Origin: Nostoc punctiforme PCC 73102
Lineage (GTDB): Bacteria; Cyanobacteriota; Cyanobacteriia; Cyanobacteriales; Nostocaceae
Direction: 5' to 3'
DNA: 32,000 bases
NCBI RefSeq assembly: GCF_000020025.1
Contig: NC_010628.1
Coordinates: 2,850,001-2,882,000, forward strand
The notes under the pieces are model-generated. The model did not search any database. It was not told where the DNA came from and worked only from the letters and a program-made list of their open reading frames with translations. The stretch's first letter is position 1; each line of letters opens with the position of its first letter. Positions 7,915 to 15,269 of this stretch are shown here, in pieces. A program made the translations under genes and the position numbers.

Positions 7915-9174
7915 TTATACCCCTGATAACCCAGAATTTCTTTTCTCCGTTGTAACTATCCAACGGGGCCAAAATGGGTCATGTCCTGGTAAAACTCTTT
8001 GAAGTTCCTGATGAATTTGTGTTGATATTCTCAGATTTTCTGGAAACGTATTCATATCATCATCACGCATCCAAGCCTCTGCTGCTTCAATTGCGATTTC
8101 TGCTTCTTTGGAACGGGCTTGTTTGAGTCCAAAAATGTCTGAGGTTAACCATCCAACTATGTCCCCTTGTTTTGACCAAGGTACTTCGTCAAGGCTAACC
8201 TCGCTATCTTGTAATTTAAATAAAAATAGTTTATCTTCTTGCTCATGAAAATTTGGCTCTAAAGAAGCAAGAATAAGTGGAGAATGAGTAGTTACTAAAG
8301 CCTGTATCTTCATCCTGGGTTGTAATTCTGTCACCACAGATAAAATAGCTGGTAAAATCACCCTCTGCCAACGAGGATGCAAATGAGATTCAATTTCATC
8401 AATTAGTAAAACTATCTGATTTACTGGCTTTTGTTGCCGCAGTTCGGAAGCTTTTTTATGTTCGTACCAAGTCCACACTAGTAAATAAGCTAGTCCCAAA
8501 ATACGCTTCATTCCGGCTGAGGTTTGAGTAACAGGAACGTTACCGTAAGGTAGATTAACTGTAGGAATATCGCGCACGTCTTCAATAGAAACTCGTGTTG
8601 TTTCTCCCACTTCTATCCATTCGGAAGGGTGAGGTGCAAGTTTTTTAATAACATTAGAAAAGAGTTCAAATGGATATTTATTGGGTTGATTCTGCCATGT
8701 AACCCAATCTTGAATTAGACCATTACAAATAACTTTATCTTTTGACTTTAATCCATTCCAAAGTGTATTTGGATTAAAATTATAAGCAATATCGCGTTGG
8801 CGAGCAGGGTCAAAAATAGAAAAACTACCATCAACACGCACATAAATAACTACTTCTTTTAATAAAGGCGGCATTTGTAAATTACGCCATTGCTGTTCAG
8901 AAAAATCAAACTGGCTCTGATACTCTCTTATATTTTTTTTATTGCTAACTACGGCTGTAATTTGTGGATTTTCACCTTTGACTCGCTGTGGGTACGCTGG
9001 TTGCTCCGCCCAATTTGTAGTCATCACCCACCATGCAATATCGAGTAAAAAACTTTTACCTAAACCATTATCACCCGTAAATATATTGAGCCTATCAGCA
9101 AATGCGACATCAAAATGGGCAGCAGGACCAACTTGTTGGAGGTGAAGTTCTTTTAACATTTGGCTCTCATACAC
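7915..9174 (-). CDS. ABC/SMC-type AAA ATPase, PtuA-like (Septu-like pair)
   Basis: 419-aa ORF with Walker A FTGDNGLGKSFLLD, Walker B/D-loop VLLIDEIESHLHPRWQ and H-loop VTTHSPLILASL. Confidence 0.8.
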   Translation of the reverse strand: MYESQMLKELHLQQVGPAAHFDVAFADRLNIFTGDNGLGKSFLLDIAWWVMTTNWAEQPAYPQRVKGENPQITAVVSNKKNIREYQSQFDFSEQQWRNLQMPPLLKEVVIYVRVDGSFSIFDPARQRDIAYNFNPNTLWNGLKSKDKVICNGLIQDWVTWQNQPNKYPFELFSNVIKKLAPHPSEWIEVGETTRVSIEDVRDIPTVNLPYGNVPVTQTSAGMKRILGLAYLLVWTWYEHKKASELRQQKPVNQIVLLIDEIESHLHPRWQRVILPAILSVVTELQPRMKIQALVTTHSPLILASLEPNFHEQEDKLFLFKLQDSEVSLDEVPWSKQGDIVGWLTSDIFGLKQARSKEAEIAIEAAEAWMRDDDMNTFPENLRISTQIHQELQRVLPGHDPFWPRWIVTTEKRNSGLSGV

Positions 9175-9244
9175 AAATTTATATTGATCAACTTACTTCT
9201 TGTAAATTAAAATTGGATAGCTCAATAGCAGTTAATCATTTTTA

Positions 9245-10039
9245 ATGAATCCCTACAATATCCTTAATCAGACTGAACTTCAGTGTGTTAGTGATGGCAT
9301 GACCCGACCCCTACTAGAAAATTGCGAGACTGCCTCACATATCCTGATTTTAGTCTGGCCACAACTTGGGGATTTTGATAGTCTTGAATATGCATGGTGG
9401 TTACAGCGCAAAGCTAAAAAATTGCCTCCTGAAAAACTCGCTATTCGTACAGTGGGAATTGGCTCACGCACCTCTGGAACAAGATTCTGTCAATATACAG
9501 GATTTCCACCCGAAAATTTATTTGTTGAACCCAATGCAGAATTACATCACCAACTTAAACTTTATTCAGGTCTGAATCTTTCTCTACCTGGACTTTCTGT
9601 GTCTCATCAAGCTTGGCTAAATCTAATGTTAATGTGTGCAGGGTTTGGAAGTCCAGGAACGCTAAGAGAAGTTTTTCGGGGATACAGTCGTCAAGCCCCT
9701 CAACTCATTGATGATGATGAAATGATTCAAGGTACTCCTCTACCTGCTTTTAAAGGCTCGTTTTTCCGATTAGCTGGCGGAAATGGTTTTCAACGTCCCT
9801 TTGAATTAGCAACTCTACGGCTACGTAATATGGTGGAAGTTCTGAGCAATTGGCACACTTATGTACCAAATTCTGCCTACTTAACTCAGCGTGGTGGAAC
9901 TTTTTTGTTTGATAGTAAAGGCCAGTTACTTTACTCTCATCGAGATCCAGGAATTCTGGGCTTTGCTGCTAATATGAGTCAGCCTTTATCATTTTTATCC
10001 TTTATCGAAGCAAATAGCTTTACGATGGGTGATGCGTAA
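9245..10039 (+). CDS. AhpC/TSA-antioxidant-like (peroxiredoxin-like) family protein
   Basis: 264-aa ORF. ILILVWPQLGDFDSLEYAWWL ... GGTFLFDSKGQLLYSHRDPGILGFA resembles the thioredoxin-fold peroxiredoxin-like family conserved in cyanobacteria. It is divergent from the ATPase gene. Confidence 0.55.
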   Translation: MNPYNILNQTELQCVSDGMTRPLLENCETASHILILVWPQLGDFDSLEYAWWLQRKAKKLPPEKLAIRTVGIGSRTSGTRFCQYTGFPPENLFVEPNAELHHQLKLYSGLNLSLPGLSVSHQAWLNLMLMCAGFGSPGTLREVFRGYSRQAPQLIDDDEMIQGTPLPAFKGSFFRLAGGNGFQRPFELATLRLRNMVEVLSNWHTYVPNSAYLTQRGGTFLFDSKGQLLYSHRDPGILGFAANMSQPLSFLSFIEANSFTMGDA

Positions 10040-10042
10040 AGG

Positions 10043-10070
10043 CCCCGAATGCGCTTTGCTAAATTCGGGG
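10043..10070 (+). terminator. Stem-loop directly after the 9245-10039 gene
   Basis: CCCCGAAT (10043-10050) and ATTCGGGG (10063-10070) form a perfect 8-bp stem with a 12-nt loop. The stem starts 4 nt after the stop codon. There is no clear U-tract. Confidence 0.45.
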
Positions 10071-10294
10071 GATATAAGCGAACTTTCCTGAATTTATTCA
10101 TCAGTTTTCAATTGTTTGGCGTGATTCATTAATCTATGGAATGATCCTGTTGATTGCTACTTGGGGCTAAATTCAATTGATGTCTTCAAACCGCACACTC
10201 GTGACTTCCAGTCATGAGTTAGGCACTCTATATTAAGTATGACTTTGTGTTAAAATTGAAAGGTATTCAGCAAATTCAATAAATTGCCACACAT

Positions 10295-10501
10295 CCAAAA
10301 AGCATTAAATTTACTCTCATCCTCACACACAATCAAGAAGTCTTAATCAATAAGACAATTGGTTGTGCCAGATATGTGTACAACCACTTTTGGGGGCTGA
10401 AGAAAGAGTTATATGCAAGTGAGGGAAAAACCTTAAACTACAACGCTTGTAGTCAACAGCTAACTATACTCAAGAAAGAAATTGAATGGTTGAAAGAAAT
10501 T
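10295..10501 (+). pseudogene. TnpB (IS200/IS605 OrfB) N-terminal stub
   Basis: ...SIKFTLILTHNQEVLINKTIGCARYVYNHFWGLKKELYASEGKTLNYNACSQQLTILKKEIEWLKEI matches the TnpB N-terminal pattern (KF-x-L-x-P...Q...L...T-x-G-C-x-R-x-VYN...L...K......WLKE). There is no start codon, because a TAA lies at 10280-10282 in frame. Similarity ends near 10501. Confidence 0.6.
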
Positions 10502-10516
10502 GCTAGGAGGATTGTA

Positions 10517-10867
10517 ATGCCTAACTGGAGTGCAATTGAAGCGAGTTTTTTACGTCAATCCCACGCGCAACAATTAGGAGAATTGGCAGCTAGTTTGGCA
10601 CGCCTTAACTCTTGGTCACAAAAGAGTGTAATTCGTGAATTAGTTCCAATATTGTTGTCAGAAAGTTTGTTGTACGTGTCTTTAATACAACAAAAAAGTG
10701 AAATTAATAATGTTGAATTAAATCAACTCCAAGACTTATTACAAAACTGGATTAATGTTTGGGACAAATCAATGGAAATTACAGATATTGCATCTGTTGC
10801 GTCTACTTGGTCACAGCGAGTATTGGAGATGTCGGGTTTGCTGGCTTCTGAATCTATGAGTGCATAG
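10517..10867 (+). CDS. Hypothetical protein (116 aa)
   Basis: ATG at 10517 preceded by AGGAGG (10505-10510). The track ORF 10376-10867 fuses it in frame to the TnpB stub. The protein looks helical (MPNWSAIEASFLRQSHAQQLGELAASLARLNSW...). I do not recognise a family. Confidence 0.5.
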   Translation: MPNWSAIEASFLRQSHAQQLGELAASLARLNSWSQKSVIRELVPILLSESLLYVSLIQQKSEINNVELNQLQDLLQNWINVWDKSMEITDIASVASTWSQRVLEMSGLLASESMSA

Positions 10868-10891
10868 TCTTAAGTAATGCACCTGACCACT

Positions 10892-10924
10892 GCGATCAGC
10901 TACGCTGGGCGGTTACGCCATCGC
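10892..10924. repeat. Small dispersed repeat, reverse orientation
   Basis: The reverse complement GCGATGGCGTAACCGCCCAGCGTAGCTGATCGC aligns with GCGATGGCGTACCCGCCCGCCGGAGGCATCGC at 12459-12490. Confidence 0.5.
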
Positions 10925-11058
10925 TCCTCGGTAAATACTGCTGTATCAAGAGTCGGCAGTCGCCTTATCATCAGTAGTAAAGTATTTAGAGGTATAGCAA
11001 TAAAATAATTATTTTTATTTGGTAATTAATTAGATTTTGCTACGGGATTATGAGAATA

Positions 11059-11997
11059 CTACACAGCAATTTGCTCCCAGCTAGAATTCTCTTCAAGAAT
11101 ATTTTTTTCATCTTGAGATAGTATTTTTGGTTGCATTTGTTGTAGGTCACGCAGTACCATTTCGGTATCCTCAGCATTAAATTTATAGTACTCAGTTAAA
11201 CTTCCGATGGGATAATTAAAGCCCTGATAGCGGTGTTTGAAATACAGTTCAACATTACCTCTATGCTCCCAAGTTCCTAATACTCTAATAGCAACACTCG
11301 AATAATGAGCAAGTAAATCAATTTTTACTTCTGCTACTCGCTTGAGAACGGGTCTAGTGGTTACTCCTATTTTGTAGATAATTCCAATATTAGTTTCAAT
11401 CTCTAAAAAATACAGACTAGAGGATAGAATACGTTGAAGTTGAGCGCGATACAGCTTCAAATCAGTAAATCGATATGCTAAATCTGGAGCATTTTTGTAT
11501 TCGGCGTGTTTAAAAGCTAGCTCAAGTTTCAGCAGTTTTTTAAGTAATAGTGGCTCCTGTACATCATTGAACCGCACAAACTCTAGCGCTCCAACGGGAA
11601 TTTTACCCAAATCACTAAATTAATATTCAGGTGGGGTTAAGTATAGGTTTTTTCTTAACACTCCTGCTTTGAGTAAACCAGAAGTAATTAAGTAAGAACT
11701 AATAGGGTAATTTTTGGCTCCGTACTCCTGCCAAAGCAGCTTTAACTGTGCCAAATCCTTGCCAGATAATTGAACATTGAAATTGTCATAGAGTGGGAGA
11801 GTAGGGAATTCTCGGTTAGCTATGGGGCGGCAGGTTTCTTCATTATGAGCAAAATGATGCTCTTTCACCTTGCCTTTTTTAGCAGTTAGACTGCTATTAC
11901 AGTAAGGACACTGAAGTGAAGTCTTCCCCCTATTAATATCTTCAATACATATCAAGATACCTTCTTCATTTACACCATATTTTAGCCACATTGCCAC
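11059..11997 (-). pseudogene. CoiA-like Zn-ribbon + T5orf172 (GIY-YIG-superfamily-like) protein interrupted by one in-frame TAA
   Basis: ORFs 11620-11997 and 11059-11610 are in the same frame and read ...LYLTPPEY*FSDLGKIPVGALEF.... The TAA is at 11620-11622. The N-terminal part CPYCNSSLTAKKGKVKEHHFAH is the CoiA-type Zn-ribbon motif. The C-terminal part GIIYKIGVTTRPVLKRVAEV...ELYFKHRY is the T5orf172/MUG113-type motif. Confidence 0.65.
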
Positions 11998-12107
11998 ACC
12001 ATTACTGAATAGTTAAAGTTGCTCTTACTAGTGTGCTTTAACTTTTCTAATATGTCTCTATCTTCTGGAGTAATATAATGTTGATTTTAAGAATTAATGC
12101 ACCAATT

Positions 12108-12132
12108 AAAAACCCCTCCAAGGTTGGAGAGG
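12108..12132 (-). terminator. Rho-independent-type terminator downstream of the 67-aa ORF
   Basis: The minus strand reads CCTCTCC-AACCTT-GGAGGGG followed by TTTTT (the plus-strand A5 run at 12108-12112). It lies about 40 nt after the stop at 12170. Confidence 0.5.
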
Positions 12133-12169
12133 TAAAGTAGCTTTTCAAAGGCTGTACTGAAACTATGCT

Positions 12170-12373
12170 TTATTCAAAGTTGCTAATACCCATCATGTGA
12201 TAAGCAATAACAGCAGTATCAAAGGGTTGCAGGTAATTGATATTTATGGGATTACTGGGTAAAGTAATTGATGTTTCACTCTTGTTAGAAGTAGCTGTTT
12301 TATTGTTAGCGATTCTAGATAGTAAAATAGAACCAACAAGATTTGCCAAATTGAGCGGGTTAGCGAGTTTCAT
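12170..12373 (-). CDS. Small hypothetical protein (67 aa)
   Basis: ATG-initiated ORF followed by a terminator-like hairpin. No recognisable domain and no clear SD, so the coding status is uncertain. Confidence 0.3.
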   Translation of the reverse strand: MKLANPLNLANLVGSILLSRIANNKTATSNKSETSITLPSNPININYLQPFDTAVIAYHMMGISNFE

Positions 12374-12452
12374 AGGTGATTCTGTGTTGGTTATTGAATA
12401 TATATATTTAACTGAAATAATCTAACAACTTATGCATCACAGTTAATCATTT

Positions 12453-12490
12453 GTAGGTGCGATGGCGTACCCGCCCGCCGGAGGCATCGC
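12453..12490. repeat. Small dispersed repeat with GCGATG...CATCGC termini
   Basis: GTAGGTGCGATGGCGTACCCGCCCGCCGGAGGCATCGC. It shares its core with 4583-4609 and, in reverse, with 10892-10924. A perfect 6-bp hairpin CGTCTC-TAC-GAGACG follows at about 12499-12513. Confidence 0.5.
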
Positions 12491-12701
12491 TCTTTTTTCG
12501 TCTCTACGAGACGCTACTCGCGTTCGCTTCAATAACGCACCGCAGATTCAATAAGTTTATCGATTTTAGTAGGTTGAGATTGCCCAAATTCCTTTGCACA
12601 CATGGCACTGCCTCAAAATTTACGTGCTGGAAGACGCGATTTTAACAGAATTAGTGGGGCGATGAGCAGGAGCCGGGAGTACATTTGTTATCGTTGATTA
12701 C

Positions 12702-12785
12702 TTAAGCAAACCGCCGTTTGCTGGCAGCAACATCAGCAACCCGTAGATGAACATGGTCAATCAGGCGACCTCGATGGAATTCCAT
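12702..12785 (-). pseudogene. VOC/glyoxalase-family N-terminal stub (27 codons)
   Basis: MEFHRGRLIDHVHLRVADVAASKRRFA* has the first beta-strand/metal-ligand pattern (H-V-x-L-x-V-x-D) of VOC proteins and then stops. It is too short to be functional. Confidence 0.35.
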
Positions 12786-12846
12786 AGTGTTATCTTGCCT
12801 CTAAAAATGAGTCATTCTCTGGTCAACCATTGTTCTGGTTGAGTTG

Positions 12847-13248
12847 CTACTCAAGCTGCTCATAAGAGAAGGCGGCTTCTATTTTGTGTCCATCTGGATC
12901 GCGCACAAAGCAGCCGTAATACGGCTCACTATAGTCGGGTCTGCCACCGGGGGCACCGTCGTCTTTGCCTCCTGCCGCTAATGCTGCCTCATAGAAGGCG
13001 TGGACTGCTTCTTTTGTAGGAGCAATAAAACCAATGTGAGTTCCATTGCCAACCGTTGCAGGTTGCCCGTCGAAGGGAGTTCCCACCCAAAATTCGGGAT
13101 ACTGTTTGCCATAGGCGATCGCCCCCGGATGCTCCATAAATCGCTTACAGCCCAATGTTGGCAACACAGCATCATAGAAGGCGATCGCTCGTTCAAAATC
13201 ATTAGTACCAATCGAAACGTGCGAGAGAATGCTGGGATTGTTATCCAT
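12847..13248 (-). CDS. VOC-family (glyoxalase/bleomycin-resistance/dioxygenase fold) protein
   Basis: I prefer the ATG at 13248 (MDNNPSILSHVSIGTNDFERAIAFYDAVL...) over the track start at 13362. The C-terminal part reads YGCFVRDPDGHKIEA. Confidence 0.8.
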   Translation of the reverse strand: MDNNPSILSHVSIGTNDFERAIAFYDAVLPTLGCKRFMEHPGAIAYGKQYPEFWVGTPFDGQPATVGNGTHIGFIAPTKEAVHAFYEAALAAGGKDDGAPGGRPDYSEPYYGCFVRDPDGHKIEAAFSYEQLE

Positions 13249-13361
13249 ATCGGAATCCTTTATCAGTTGATGTGGATGTGCTAGAGAGCCGATCGGTGAT
13301 TTGCTGCACCCTAACACAACTTGATGAAACGATTGGATTATAACAGTAGTGACATACTCCA

Positions 13362-13387
13362 CACACTCCCCTTTCAGGGTGAGTGTG
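13362..13387 (-). other. Hairpin 19 nt downstream of the tnpB stop: candidate IS right-end structure / omega-RNA 3' scaffold / terminator
   Basis: CACACTCCC-CTTTCA-GGG-T-GAGTGTG forms 7+3 bp stems. IS200/IS605 ends carry subterminal hairpins, and the TnpB guide RNA derives from the tnpB 3' end plus the right end. The exact RNA boundaries cannot be set from this one copy. Confidence 0.45.
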
Positions 13388-13405
13388 GGCTTCTCAACGA
13401 CTCTT

Positions 13406-14578
13406 CTATGAAGACATTAATTGAGCTTTGAGGGCGTGTGTCCCACGCGCCTTTATGTTTAAAGAAGCATTCAAATCTCTGCACAAGTTTGCATGACATA
13501 CAGGACAATTGTGCATTCTTTGAGATAGCGGCTTTTTAACTTTGTGACCACAACTAGAACATTCTTGACTTGTACTGTTTGGGTTGACAGCTATTACTTT
13601 TAAACCAGCATTTTCGGCTTTGTTTGAAAGTATTGAGATGAACTGTCCCCACCCTGAATCATTGATACTTTTAGCCAGCCATGTTTTAGCAAGTCCTTTG
13701 ATGTTCAACTTTTCAACTGCGACGACATCATACTTATCTAGTAGTGATTTAGCACTTTTGAAGTGAAAATCTTTGCGAGTATCAGCGACTTTTTTGTGCT
13801 GTTTACCCAATCTCTGAATAGCTTTCTTGCGTCTGTTGGAACCTTTTTTACGCCTTGATACTTTACGCTGTGCTGACTTTAATTTACGTTCAGATTTGCG
13901 TAGATATTTAGGCGCTTTGACTCTAGACCCGTCAGAAGCTACATAGAAATCAATCAAACCAACATCAATCCCGACAATATTATCAGGGCTAAAATCAGGT
14001 TTAATTGTTGGTACTGTTTTGTCATCAAGACTTAAAGTTACATAATAGCCATCTGACTTTTTGGTTACAGATACAGTTTTGATATCAAACCCGTCAGCTA
14101 TTGGGCGATGAACAATCACCTTGATATCCCCAATCTTTGAGAGCGTTATTCTGTTGTTGACAAAATGATGACCCTTAAATTGGGAATATGTAAATGTTTT
14201 ATATTGCCCTTTCCCTTTAAATCTAGGTCTACCAGATTTTTTGCCGTTAGCGTCACCTTTCAACCATCTATCAAAAGCTAATTCAACCTTCTTGGGAACT
14301 TCCTGTAGTACTTGAGAATGGATATTTTTGTACCAAGGACGGTCTTTTTTGAGTTGGGTTAATGATGTTTTTTGGTTGTAGTAATTGGGTTGCTCTTTTA
14401 ACTCTGGTAGGTGACAAATTAATGGGCATCTATCAATAGGACATCGGTTCATCTCATACCAATCGAACCTTTGAGCAAGCAGATAGTTATACTGATACCT
14501 CAGCATCTCAAGCGTTTTATCAATTTTCTCTGACTGCTCTTTTGTGGGTTTAATTTTATATTGGTATGAAATTCTCAT
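13406..14578 (-). CDS. tnpB: TnpB, IS200/IS605-family RNA-guided endonuclease (intact, 390 aa)
   Basis: RuvC-like residues are in context: IVGIDVGLIDFYV (D), VVAVEKLNIKGL (E) and CRDLNASLNI (D). The Zn finger is CSSCGHKVKKPLSQRMHNCPVCH. No Y1 tnpA lies next to it. Confidence 0.9.
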   Translation of the reverse strand: MRISYQYKIKPTKEQSEKIDKTLEMLRYQYNYLLAQRFDWYEMNRCPIDRCPLICHLPELKEQPNYYNQKTSLTQLKKDRPWYKNIHSQVLQEVPKKVELAFDRWLKGDANGKKSGRPRFKGKGQYKTFTYSQFKGHHFVNNRITLSKIGDIKVIVHRPIADGFDIKTVSVTKKSDGYYVTLSLDDKTVPTIKPDFSPDNIVGIDVGLIDFYVASDGSRVKAPKYLRKSERKLKSAQRKVSRRKKGSNRRKKAIQRLGKQHKKVADTRKDFHFKSAKSLLDKYDVVAVEKLNIKGLAKTWLAKSINDSGWGQFISILSNKAENAGLKVIAVNPNSTSQECSSCGHKVKKPLSQRMHNCPVCHANLCRDLNASLNIKARGTHALKAQLMSS

Positions 14579-14644
14579 CTTTGTCCCTTGTTTTTCGACC
14601 TACAAATAGAATAACATAAACGTAAAGATACTGTGTAGGCGTTT

Positions 14645-14821
14645 ATGAAAAACAAAGCATTAAATTTAAGGGTATCAGAGCGTAGATTAAACAAACTACG
14701 TCTGTATTCTGCTCAAAACGATAAAACCATGACTCATGTAATAGAAGATTTTATAGATTCACTCTTAATCAAAAATGGCGATTCCTCCTCGACCCCCTGC
14801 CCTGTCAATCCGCAGGATTGA
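14645..14821 (+). CDS. Small ribbon-helix-helix (CopG-like) protein, 58 aa, divergent from tnpB
   Basis: MKNKALNLRVSERRLNKLRLYSAQNDKTMTHVIEDFIDSLLIKNG... follows the beta-strand/helix/helix RHH pattern (K-x-L-N-L-R-V-S ... L ... A ... M-T-x-V-I-E-D-F-I). It is below the ORF-track length cut-off. Confidence 0.5.
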   Translation: MKNKALNLRVSERRLNKLRLYSAQNDKTMTHVIEDFIDSLLIKNGDSSSTPCPVNPQD

Positions 14822-15048
14822 TTTGGTTATGGGTCAACTCGTCATCACCCAAAAATTCATCTCGTCATCTCCCTTCGGGTAGGTGAGAGGCTTCTTTTTG
14901 TTTTAGCTAAAGTACTAAGCCGACTTGTCTTCTTTTGCCTTTTGTTAAGTTACAAGTTCACCCTGTTAGAAGATTTTTCATTTCTTTTTCAACGGCATCA
15001 TGGATGCCTGGCGCTTTAATCTAAACCTGGCACCCAAGAGGCAGAAGC

Positions 15049-15210
15049 ATGATCTTTATCTTTGAGGAAAGACCATCTGACTCGTCTTTTGTAGAAACAA
15101 TTTGGCGAACTCGAAGTGAAAGTGCTGGTTCTTTTATTTCTCGTGCTGTAAAATCAACATCCTTTGAATGCGGTGTTGTTGTTTTGAATTATGAGCCGAA
15201 ACAGAACTAA
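15049..15210 (+). pseudogene. N-terminal stub resembling the non-HTH N-domain of AraC-type regulators
   Basis: MIFIFEERPSDSSFVETIWRTRSESAGSFISRA... resembles the start of a widespread AraC-family N-terminal domain (ERPSDSPFVE..IW). It terminates after 53 codons with no HTH part. Confidence 0.3.
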
Positions 15211-15269
15211 GACAGGCGAAACATAAACAGCTTTCACATTGCTTGCCCAATTTAAACTGTTGTAAACCC

